The notes under the pieces are model-generated. The model saw only the letters and a list, made by a program, of their open reading frames with translations, was not told the DNA's origin and made no database searches. DNA of 39,019 bases, taken from the IMG/VR virus record IMGVR_UViG_3300006071_000030; one strand, 5' to 3'. The translations under genes and the position numbers were made by a program. Numbering within the stretch: the first letter of the stretch is position 1; each line of letters begins with the position of its first letter. The DNA comes from a virus. This document shows, one piece after another, positions 28,092 through 35,715 of the stretch.

Positions 28092-28292
28092 TTAGTTCTG
28101 GTCCTCTGCATCAAGATCCTGCAAGTCTCTATAGTTCTCGCTAGGCTTATCTTCATCATTAAGACCAGCTACGTCCTTAGTTGTCTTAATTGTTGAAGTA
28201 GGGCTATCTGTGATGACGCGGGCATTCTTATCTGGCTTGTTGCTGTATCTAATCATTGCTATGCCTTTCCTTGTGTTTATCAAGTTTTGCAA
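28092..28292 (-). CDS. small hypothetical protein
   Basis: ORF-track entry overlapping the upstream gene by 44 nt. The true start may be the internal Met (MIRYSNK). Confidence 0.3.
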   Translation of the reverse strand: MQNLINTRKGIAMIRYSNKPDKNARVITDSPTSTIKTTKDVAGLNDEDKPSENYRDLQDLDAEDQN

Positions 28293-28545
28293 TGAGAGTC
28301 TCGTTGATCATTTTTATGCATCTAACGCGATCCTTTGGCAAAACGTTCTTCCACAGGATAATTTCACTAGGTAACGTTTTTACGATACCTTCGTGCTTGT
28401 TATTAATTGTAACGAGTGAAGCTTGAAAATGCAAGTCACATACGTTACATTTTGTATCATTTACAACTTCGTTTACAAATTCTAGTTCTATTTCGTTAGA
28501 AATATTATCGTTGTACGTAATACCTTCAGGTAATTCTAATGCCAT
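28249..28545 (-). CDS. small hypothetical protein (98 aa) with CxxC
   Basis: ORF between tightly spaced neighbours. Contains CNVC. Confidence 0.45.
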   Translation of the reverse strand: MALELPEGITYNDNISNEIELEFVNEVVNDTKCNVCDLHFQASLVTINNKHEGIVKTLPSEIILWKNVLPKDRVRCIKMINETLIAKLDKHKERHSND

Positions 28546-28547
28546 AT

Positions 28548-28778
28548 TTAGTTAGCTTTGTAAGCTACAAGTGCCAAGTTCTTTAGGCACTCTTCTGGGG
28601 TGATCCCATTTACGCTTGATAGTTTATTGATAAACACCATCATAACACCAGCAAGTGAGCTGAAGAGTTGGATGGGATCACTCTCGAGGACCATTTCATA
28701 AGCTAGTTCCTCTTGGCCGCTGATGATTGCTGTCATCAAAGCGACTACGTTGCCAATGTTCTCTGTTACAGAATCCAT
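28548..28778 (-). CDS. small hypothetical protein (76 aa)
   Basis: Start chosen at ATG 28778, giving a TAATG overlap with the Dps-like gene stop. The track start at 28814 would overlap by 37 nt. Confidence 0.4.
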   Translation of the reverse strand: MDSVTENIGNVVALMTAIISGQEELAYEMVLESDPIQLFSSLAGVMMVFINKLSSVNGITPEECLKNLALVAYKAN

Positions 28779-29299
28779 TATGCCTCGGTAGACGCCTTCA
28801 AGAACCAACTCCACTTTTGGTGTTGATCAATGCGTTCAGCAATGAAGTTTGCAATACCTTGCTCGTTATCTTTGTCAGCAAGAACAAAGACCTTTTTAAT
28901 GTGATCAATGTATTCGTTATTCATATCTAAGAATTGCTTAGCAAGATTACGTGCATCATCATCGTTAGAACCTACTTCTTTAATTCTACTAAGTCCAGAC
29001 AATTGGCTCATTACAAAAGGAGCTTTAGCATCAAGCTTTCTGATGTTTTCTGCAATTGGGTCAATGTTTTCGTAGATATCATCTACGATCTCATCAAAGA
29101 ACTTGTGATATTGATAGAAGTCATTACCAACAACATTCCAGTGGAAACCATGAATAGTGTGATAGAGAACGTATGCTTCAGCAAGCATTCTTTTCAGAGC
29201 AGTGACCAAATCACTAACATCTTCTTCATATTCTGGGTTTCTAGTGTCGTCTTCTACTTCTGTTGCACTGACGACTCTAAAGCCATTCCAATTGTCCAT
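28778..29299 (-). CDS. dps: Dps / ferritin-like DNA-binding iron-storage protein
   Basis: LYHTIHGFHWNVVGNDFYQYHKFFDEIVDDIYE matches the Dps ferroxidase-centre signature HWNV.G..F..LHE.FEE.Y. 173 aa, typical Dps length. C-terminal WSWFL resembles Dps FLWFIE. Confidence 0.7.
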   Translation of the reverse strand: MDNWNGFRVVSATEVEDDTRNPEYEEDVSDLVTALKRMLAEAYVLYHTIHGFHWNVVGNDFYQYHKFFDEIVDDIYENIDPIAENIRKLDAKAPFVMSQLSGLSRIKEVGSNDDDARNLAKQFLDMNNEYIDHIKKVFVLADKDNEQGIANFIAERIDQHQKWSWFLKASTEA

Positions 29300-29301
29300 T
29301 G

Positions 29302-30036
29302 TTACAGCCAGTTAAGGCCATCTCCGAACGACTCATCAATTGATTGCTCAACAAGGCGAGCAGACAGCTTGTTTGCGCTAGCACTCTTGATGCTGCGGAA
29401 GCCTGCACCCTCGTTCTTAGCACGACGGCAAATCTCTACATTGTCAACAAAGTTTTCAATGATAGATGCACGCTTTACAGTGTCAAGGATAGGAAGCGTC
29501 TTACGCTCTACGTAGTAAACAGCAGCTTCACGTGTGTCAAGCTGGCTGCCCAGAAGGCGGTTGTGTTGGTCTTCGACCCAAACCTCAGCACCAGCGGTAA
29601 CGAAGTTGATCCAGTCAGCTGACTCAAACTCGTTCTCAATGCCAGCAGCTGTACGGTACAAAAGGCTGCCATCGTCTTCGCCAAGGTCACTTGTGCCAGC
29701 ACTGCTAACGCGATATTCCTTAGCAATTGTGCCACCAGGCAAGCTATTGAGGTAGTCCTCAGTGTCAAAGTCAACGTACTCTGAAGCCAGCTTCTCGAGC
29801 GATTCCTTCTCAGCACCAAGCTCGGTGATGATGTTAGCATAGCGCTCGATCTCTCTTTGACCAACGTTAGGGTTGCTAGCAGCCATACGAGTCTTGTCCA
29901 GAATGTCCTGCAGCCTGTCAAGACGTGTCAAGATGCTCTCTGAGGTACCATTAAACCAGCGTGCATCAGCAGCTGCGGTCTTGGCTTCAATCTCAATATT
30001 TTCGTAGTTCATAATGGAATCTTTCTTTTTCCTCAA
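29302..30036 (-). CDS. hypothetical protein (236-244 aa)
   Basis: Long ORF. An alternative ATG at 30012 gives MNYENIEIE. Confidence 0.55.
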   Translation of the reverse strand: MRKKKDSIMNYENIEIEAKTAAADARWFNGTSESILTRLDRLQDILDKTRMAASNPNVGQREIERYANIITELGAEKESLEKLASEYVDFDTEDYLNSLPGGTIAKEYRVSSAGTSDLGEDDGSLLYRTAAGIENEFESADWINFVTAGAEVWVEDQHNRLLGSQLDTREAAVYYVERKTLPILDTVKRASIIENFVDNVEICRRAKNEGAGFRSIKSASANKLSARLVEQSIDESFGDGLNWL

Positions 30037-30039
30037 ACA

Positions 30040-30690
30040 CTATTGCGCGTTACGGCTATGATTACATTCATCGTGTGTCATATGTTCTGTGCAAAAACTA
30101 GGGCCCAACTCTTCTGAAAGCAACTCGGCTAGCTTCTTGCTAGCAGTAGTACCACTATTCAATGGGTTAGCACCATTCAGCTCACCGGGTTGAAGGTCAT
30201 TGGGAGCAGTAGCTTGGCCAATAGGACTTTGGTTAGTGGCAGAAAAATCTTGTGATTTTCCCGAAGGAGGAGCTGGGTTAGGACCGTTGTTGGCAAAGTT
30301 CTGTGAGCTTGCTGCCTGTGGGACAATCAGATCGGGAGCACCTTCAAAATAAGCAAGTGCGTTAACGATCTTTGATGCACCCTTGCGGTGTCTCCAAGAG
30401 TAAACTGAATCAGCTGCCTTATCAAGTGCATCTTCTTCACTTTCCTTTTGACCAGGCTCGTATGGGTGACACTTGGCTCTGTCTCCAGGACCCTTCCAGC
30501 CAGGCTTAGTGCCTTCTGCAGTTTCAATAGTGCATTCTCTCAGCTCGTTCTTAATATTGGCAGCAGTGATGCTAAAACCAAGATATGAGCTAAGAATTAC
30601 GCGGCGGCAACCATTGCAATAGATTTCTGGGCCAGCCTTGCTAGATGTTCTAACAAGCTCACCCTTTCTGCATATAAAACATTTTTCCAT
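30040..30690 (-). CDS. hypothetical zinc-ribbon protein (216 aa)
   Basis: Start placed at MEKCFICRKG...CNGCRR, 1 nt after the upstream stop. The ORF-track start at 30807 would overlap the upstream gene by 116 nt. Confidence 0.5.
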   Translation of the reverse strand: MEKCFICRKGELVRTSSKAGPEIYCNGCRRVILSSYLGFSITAANIKNELRECTIETAEGTKPGWKGPGDRAKCHPYEPGQKESEEDALDKAADSVYSWRHRKGASKIVNALAYFEGAPDLIVPQAASSQNFANNGPNPAPPSGKSQDFSATNQSPIGQATAPNDLQPGELNGANPLNSGTTASKKLAELLSEELGPSFCTEHMTHDECNHSRNAQ

Positions 30691-30691
30691 A

Positions 30692-31975
30692 TTAGAACCT
30701 AAAGAACTTTTCGAGAACATCAACGGGGAGACCGATAGATGAAGTTCTTGCAGCAGGTGGGTTCGTTGGGTCTTTTGCCCAAGCTGCTCTAGAAGCAACA
30801 TCTGCATTGTTTTTAGCTTTGTTGTAGTTCATGCCAGTTCCAGGAGTCGCTATAGCTTTTCCATGTGCTTCTGCTGCATCCATGTGTGCGAAGTAAGCTT
30901 CTCTGTGATCAGGGTTGTTACCATGGAAAGTATCAGCACCATGAAACTCTGGAGAACCATCGGAGTTTGTTCTTCCTGTCCATGGAGTGTTACCCTGCAA
31001 CTTGTTAGCAGCATTGAGGTGATTATCACGCAAAGTTGCATGATAGTTATTGGTATCATCCTTTTGGGAGTCTTTACGATCCATGAACATGTGTGCAGCA
31101 TCATACATACCGGCTTGCTTGGATGCAGTGGCGTGACCAAAACCATCAGTCAGCTCAAGAGGACCACGATCAGCTTCGCCAGGTGTCATATCGTGTGAAC
31201 GAGGAATTAAGTTGCTATTTGGTTTAATGTCATACAAGCTTTGACCTTCGCTCTGCTGAGGGGTCTTGTTGTAGAACTTGTATTGTGTGTAACCGTTGTA
31301 GTAGTCCTTGCTCAAGAGGGCAAGATCCTCGTCCATTGGCTTACCGGCTTGTGCATCGCCGTAGCCTTGGTAGTAAAGCTCACTGTCGTTAGCTTCTTTG
31401 AACATAGCGTAGAAAGCACCAGCGGCACCCATCTTGGCTTCTTCCTTAACGATGTCACGCCCAGCATCAAGGTCGCCAGCAGTAGGGCCTTCTACTGTTG
31501 TAAGGCTCTCACCCGAGAAGTTATTTTCGCCAATGCCGTGGTCATTAGCAGGCTGGTTGCAACCACAATTTGTGCATGCAATGCGTGTTCCTGGGAAGTA
31601 TGTCTTTTCGCAGTGATTACAGAATGGCTCACCATTCTCCATCACGTATGCAATTCTTGCATTCATGCTCATGTTTGCTCCAATAATTGTTGATAGCGAT
31701 CCTGGAGATACGCTAGAAAGCCCTTCATTGCTTACAACTGGTGGTTGCCCCTCGAGATCAATTGTATCCTTAGGCTCATCGCCCAAAGCAGTCAATCTCG
31801 TAGAGTTTTCGTCTTCGTTACCAATGTCTGCAAATCTAAAGTGGCCAACAGTACCGACTTGGCTTTGTCCTGGAAGGCCAAACCCTGCATCGTCTTCTTC
31901 GGTAGCGTCTTCAATGCCTCGTAGCGAAGCATCGTCTCCGTAATTACCGTTATCCTGCGTAGCGTATCTCATCAA
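30692..31975 (-). CDS. hypothetical protein (427 aa) with CxxC...CxxC zinc ribbon
   Basis: CNHCEKT...CTNCGC. Low-complexity Asn/Gly/Asp-rich regions. Confidence 0.6.
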   Translation of the reverse strand: MMRYATQDNGNYGDDASLRGIEDATEEDDAGFGLPGQSQVGTVGHFRFADIGNEDENSTRLTALGDEPKDTIDLEGQPPVVSNEGLSSVSPGSLSTIIGANMSMNARIAYVMENGEPFCNHCEKTYFPGTRIACTNCGCNQPANDHGIGENNFSGESLTTVEGPTAGDLDAGRDIVKEEAKMGAAGAFYAMFKEANDSELYYQGYGDAQAGKPMDEDLALLSKDYYNGYTQYKFYNKTPQQSEGQSLYDIKPNSNLIPRSHDMTPGEADRGPLELTDGFGHATASKQAGMYDAAHMFMDRKDSQKDDTNNYHATLRDNHLNAANKLQGNTPWTGRTNSDGSPEFHGADTFHGNNPDHREAYFAHMDAAEAHGKAIATPGTGMNYNKAKNNADVASRAAWAKDPTNPPAARTSSIGLPVDVLEKFFRF

Positions 31976-32007
31976 TGACTAGTGCGCCTTGGGGGCTATT
32001 TTAACTC

Positions 32008-33087
32008 TTATTCCCAGCTGGTTGGTTTGTCATTGTTAGTTGAATTGAAACGATCTTCATTCAACAAATCAATTAATCTATTGCTGCTACCAGTGATTGG
32101 TCGAGCTGGCGTTGGGAAGTTAGATATAGTTTGTGGGAAATTAAGCTCAAGGTTAATTCCTGCTCCAGGACCAGATGACCCTTTTTCTGGCGTTTGCTTT
32201 GTAGGCATTGGTTCTTGACCAGTTTCAAGCTTAGTTTTCTGTTGTGGTGGGTTACTAGTCTCTTGCTCACTCTTAGTAGAAGTTTCTTCTTCAAGAGAAG
32301 GTTCTGGCATAGCTTCTGTTTTATCACCAATTGTTTTAGGAGCTGGCTGCCAAGTTGTGGGAGATGGTTGTGGTGTGCTAGGAGGAGTCTTTGATGGCTT
32401 ACCAGGAACAGTGAAAGGTGGAACTGTGATTGGCTTAGTAGGAGCCAATGGGTGAGTCTCGAGAGGCATGATGCTACCAACTACGGGGTTAGCAGGGCTT
32501 GCAAAGCTCTGTCCACCACCAGAATCTGGCGTATTGTTGATATCATTGCTATTGTCGCCATTTTCATTACCGCTTGAGTTGCTACTAGGCAAGTTCTTCA
32601 ATGCATCGCTAAGGCCACCACCTTCTGCACCTGCAGCGGCCTCTCCAGCGCCAGCGACTGCTTCTCCAGCACCAAGAAGCTCTGGGATAGCAAGAAGAGG
32701 ACCAGCAGTCACAATTGTGCTTGCTGTGACCATGCGAAGTTCCTTAGCAGCGAACCCCTTACCAGCTTCTGACTGGTAAACTTGGTTATCTGTCAATGCA
32801 TAAGGAATAACGTTAACAGTTGCGTGCGCTTTGCGCAGCATTTCTGTTGCAATGCCTTGGTTTCGGTATTCTGGCTCGACGTAAACACCATCCATGATGT
32901 AGTTGCCACTAGCTTGCTTTTCAGCAGTGAAATAACCGATTCTTTCGTCTCCAACCATTGCTTCAACAAGAAGACCAGAGAACGTGCCACCAGTCTTGTA
33001 TTGCATTGGGCCAACGTTAGCAACAATTCGAACCTTGTCACCTTGTTCTTCAAGGATCTCATTAAGTCTTGGTGGGATAGTAGCCAT
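32008..33087 (-). CDS. GNAT-family N-acetyltransferase domain fused to a Pro/Thr/Ser-rich linker and a C-terminal region
   Basis: GNAT motif A YRNQGIATEML (R-x-x-G-x-A). C-terminal roughly 200 aa is Pro/Thr/Gln-rich and disordered. Confidence 0.55.
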   Translation of the reverse strand: MATIPPRLNEILEEQGDKVRIVANVGPMQYKTGGTFSGLLVEAMVGDERIGYFTAEKQASGNYIMDGVYVEPEYRNQGIATEMLRKAHATVNVIPYALTDNQVYQSEAGKGFAAKELRMVTASTIVTAGPLLAIPELLGAGEAVAGAGEAAAGAEGGGLSDALKNLPSSNSSGNENGDNSNDINNTPDSGGGQSFASPANPVVGSIMPLETHPLAPTKPITVPPFTVPGKPSKTPPSTPQPSPTTWQPAPKTIGDKTEAMPEPSLEEETSTKSEQETSNPPQQKTKLETGQEPMPTKQTPEKGSSGPGAGINLELNFPQTISNFPTPARPITGSSNRLIDLLNEDRFNSTNNDKPTSWE

Positions 33088-33815
33088 TATAGTTTTCCTA
33101 GGTCAGTAGTGAGGTCTTCAAGGCGCATATCGCCATATTGACCCTTTTCAACAATCTCTGGAGTGATGAGAGCCCAGCTCTCTTCCATGTAGCTTTGCAG
33201 CCATCTCCACGTTACCTTCTGCACTTTACCCCAGGTAATACATTCAGCGTAGTCCTTGTCGTAACCTACGAGGATGACACAGTGGCCACCTTCGATCTGA
33301 TTGTCAGCAGGAGTGCCTGTAAGGTCCCATGGCTGGTTGTCAAGGAATTGCTGCTGGAAGGTGACTGGGAGCTTTACACCAATGTATACAAGCCCATATG
33401 AGGCAATTACGCTACGGAGCTCATCAAGGTCAGCATGGTCAGTAGGGGCGAACGCAGCAAGCTTTGTGTTGAACAAGCCGTTGGTCTGCCAGTACTTTAG
33501 TAGGTCCGCCTCGACCGCTCCAGCATCTTGTCCATTCGTATAATTGAGATAACTTTGCTCGACTTCGGTGTCAGAAGGGAATCCTTCTGTAAGTTGTAAG
33601 AAAGCAGCGTTAGCCATTCTGGCGTGAACAATACCAGCAAAAGTACAATCCCCATATTTATCATTTCCTAACATTCCCCAATTATCTACGTTTGGCACTG
33701 CTACGCTCTCTGGTGCAGCTGGCAACGGGTTGCCCTGATAGAAAGCAAGCATGTGCAACCCAGCAGGGCGCTTAGGATCTAGCTTACCTAATTTACCAAC
33801 AATACGATCAGTCAT
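33087..33815 (-). CDS. papain-like (C1-like) cysteine peptidase candidate
   Basis: Candidate catalytic Cys in KYGDCTFAG and His in EGGHCVILVGYD, about 137 aa apart as in papain, followed by ITWGKV. ATG at 33815 immediately follows the upstream stop. Confidence 0.4.
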   Translation of the reverse strand: MTDRIVGKLGKLDPKRPAGLHMLAFYQGNPLPAAPESVAVPNVDNWGMLGNDKYGDCTFAGIVHARMANAAFLQLTEGFPSDTEVEQSYLNYTNGQDAGAVEADLLKYWQTNGLFNTKLAAFAPTDHADLDELRSVIASYGLVYIGVKLPVTFQQQFLDNQPWDLTGTPADNQIEGGHCVILVGYDKDYAECITWGKVQKVTWRWLQSYMEESWALITPEIVEKGQYGDMRLEDLTTDLGKL

Positions 33816-33817
33816 TA

Positions 33818-34186
33818 TTATCTCCCATAAACATCTTTCCATTGACTAAAAGTCAAACCAGTTTTGCCTGCAAGGAACGAGTGAGTGTTGCAATATGGCC
33901 TTGGCACTGAAGAATCAGACCAATGCATGTATTTTGCTTCGTACTTCTTACCTTGGCAGTCGCCATGAGCACATGCAGCCATACCCTTGCGGTCTACGTA
34001 AGGTGCTTTCCTAGTTTTCTTAGGAGGCTCTGGCTGTGGGTTCTCTGCTAAGTACTTCTGCGTGTTCTCGCAATCGGTAGTGTCTTTGCACCTACCGCTG
34101 CTAACGATTGTGTGGGTGCCATCATCTGATGCACCACAGAGCTGACATTGGTCAGGACGAGCAGCGTAACGTTCTGACCAAGACAT
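33818..34186 (-). CDS. Cys-rich hypothetical protein; member of the N-terminal W-x-x-RYAA motif family
   Basis: Begins MSWSERYAAR. Contains CQLCGA, CKDTTDC, CAHGDC. TAATG overlap with the upstream gene. Confidence 0.55.
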   Translation of the reverse strand: MSWSERYAARPDQCQLCGASDDGTHTIVSSGRCKDTTDCENTQKYLAENPQPEPPKKTRKAPYVDRKGMAACAHGDCQGKKYEAKYMHWSDSSVPRPYCNTHSFLAGKTGLTFSQWKDVYGR

Positions 34187-34641
34187 TAGAAGTATTTCTG
34201 TCGTTCTGACGGAGTCATCTTGCCTGATTTTGCTACAGCAGCATCGTGGCTCAGCGGTGTTGGGTTGGGGTTATGACGTCCATTGACTATTGTTTCTCCA
34301 ACTGATCTAAGCAAGCTATAGTGATTGGGAATAACATTTTTGTTGAGAGCGTCAATCGCTTCATCATGTGTAGCTAGCAGTCTGGGCTCTAAAGCTTCTG
34401 GGCCACCAAGCCATGGATCATTGCGTGCACGTGCACTAACATATAAACTGATATTGTGACCCTGGGTATAGGCATGCATCATTTCGTCTTCGGTAATACC
34501 GTGTCGCCTAGCATCATCAACATGCTTCTTTTGAATAAGCTTGGGGTTGCCTGAGTTGGCGTGATCAATCAGCTTCTCAAAGTAGTGTGGATCACCATAA
34601 CCAAAGGTATCTTCAGCTGCGTATCTTCTTTTCCAATTCAT
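34186..34641 (-). CDS. hypothetical protein; member of the N-terminal W-x-x-RYAA motif family
   Basis: Internal Met gives MNWKRRYAAED. TAATG overlap with the upstream stop at 34641. The ORF track extends to 34662. Confidence 0.5.
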   Translation of the reverse strand: MNWKRRYAAEDTFGYGDPHYFEKLIDHANSGNPKLIQKKHVDDARRHGITEDEMMHAYTQGHNISLYVSARARNDPWLGGPEALEPRLLATHDEAIDALNKNVIPNHYSLLRSVGETIVNGRHNPNPTPLSHDAAVAKSGKMTPSERQKYF

Positions 34642-34832
34642 TAATCTTCTCCAAGGATCCAATCGGCTACTTCTTTACTGCGTGAGTGTTCTTGTCCAAT
34701 AGATGGCCCTTCTTGTCTACTCAGTTCAGAAATAATGTGTTTTTCTGCTTCAGTAGTGTTAGGGCATTGCAGTTTAGGCCAGCCATGGCATGAACAGCTT
34801 TCTGCTGCGTATCTTTTAGACCAATTACTCAT
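34641..34832 (-). CDS. small hypothetical protein (63 aa); member of the N-terminal W-x-x-RYAA motif family
   Basis: Begins MSNWSKRYAAE, followed by SCSCHG...C. Confidence 0.45.
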   Translation of the reverse strand: MSNWSKRYAAESCSCHGWPKLQCPNTTEAEKHIISELSRQEGPSIGQEHSRSKEVADWILGED

Positions 34833-35251
34833 TTGATGAGTCCTCTCACGTATTTTGCTGCCTCAAAGTCACTGTAAGCTGTGACGTGTTTGCCACCATG
34901 ACCTCTGTGGTGGAAAAGGCATAGCCATTCCAGGTTTGTTGCGCTCTCTACCCATGCACCAACGGTGTCTGGGTCGCTAACGCCGGGGTAATCGACTTCG
35001 AGCCACTTAAGATCGACGCCATTCTGCAATGAGAACTCAATATGAGTGTGGTGAAGCTCCAAAGGGTGCTCAGAGTCGCACTCACTGAAGTCATTGCGGT
35101 GTTCACCGATAGCACATTTAGCTGTTGCCTTCGTTTTCTCACGGAAATGGTGAAAATCGACGTAATGTGGGTCATCTTCACGCTCTGGGTGAGGTGGATA
35201 GTGAACGGTGTAATGATGAGTGATGTTCTGGTCGTGTTCTTCGACGGTCAT
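34829..35251 (-). CDS. His-rich protein with HNH-endonuclease-like motif
   Basis: LELHHTHIEF ... NG ... NLEWLCLFHHRGHGGKH fits the HNH pattern HH-x(n)-N-x(n)-NL..LC...H. Includes CAIGEH and C..SEH. Confidence 0.4.
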   Translation of the reverse strand: MTVEEHDQNITHHYTVHYPPHPEREDDPHYVDFHHFREKTKATAKCAIGEHRNDFSECDSEHPLELHHTHIEFSLQNGVDLKWLEVDYPGVSDPDTVGAWVESATNLEWLCLFHHRGHGGKHVTAYSDFEAAKYVRGLIK

Positions 35252-35643
35252 TAGTCTTTTTCCCTTCTATCTTGCTGAAGGTAGTCAATAACTTCGTCTA
35301 AACTGCCAAAAACGCGTATATCATCTTCATATTCGTCGTTATCTAGGTCAAAATCGTCTTCATCTGACGAAAAAAGCTCTTCCATGATCATCTGGAAAGC
35401 AGAAAAGGTGATTTCTCTTGAATATTCTACAAAAACACCGTCATGCTGACAGTATTCACTTACGTTAATACGATAAGTGTGGTCTTCATCGTCATCTTTT
35501 GGCTTATCGATGGAGAAATCATCTGAAAGAGAGGAAATCTGGGCAATACTCTCCTTAAACCGGGAGACATATGCACTTTTCTCTGTAGTATCACTGTACT
35601 TTGCTATGTTCTTGCAAGTTTCACAGTCACAGTTGTTTGACAT
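35251..35643 (-). CDS. strongly acidic small protein (130 aa, about 28% Asp+Glu)
   Basis: First gene after a near-consensus sigma70 promoter. AAGGA Shine-Dalgarno. Sequence DDDEDH...SSDEDDFDLDNDEYEDD. Confidence 0.6.
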   Translation of the reverse strand: MSNNCDCETCKNIAKYSDTTEKSAYVSRFKESIAQISSLSDDFSIDKPKDDDEDHTYRINVSEYCQHDGVFVEYSREITFSAFQMIMEELFSSDEDDFDLDNDEYEDDIRVFGSLDEVIDYLQQDRREKD

Positions 35644-35649
35644 GTTTTC

Positions 35650-35715
35650 CTTAGTTATATATATAAGAGGATTTTTTAAATTTTGTCAATAGATTTTAAG
35701 ATAAAACTTTAAAAT
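35650..35715 (-). promoter_or_regulatory. sigma70-type promoter with A/T-rich UP-like element
   Basis: Minus-strand reading: ATTTTAAAGTTTTATCTTAAAATCTA-TTGACA-(18 nt)-TATATA-...AAGGAAAACATG. -35 on plus as tgtcaa 35684..35689; -10 at 35660..35665. Confidence 0.5.
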
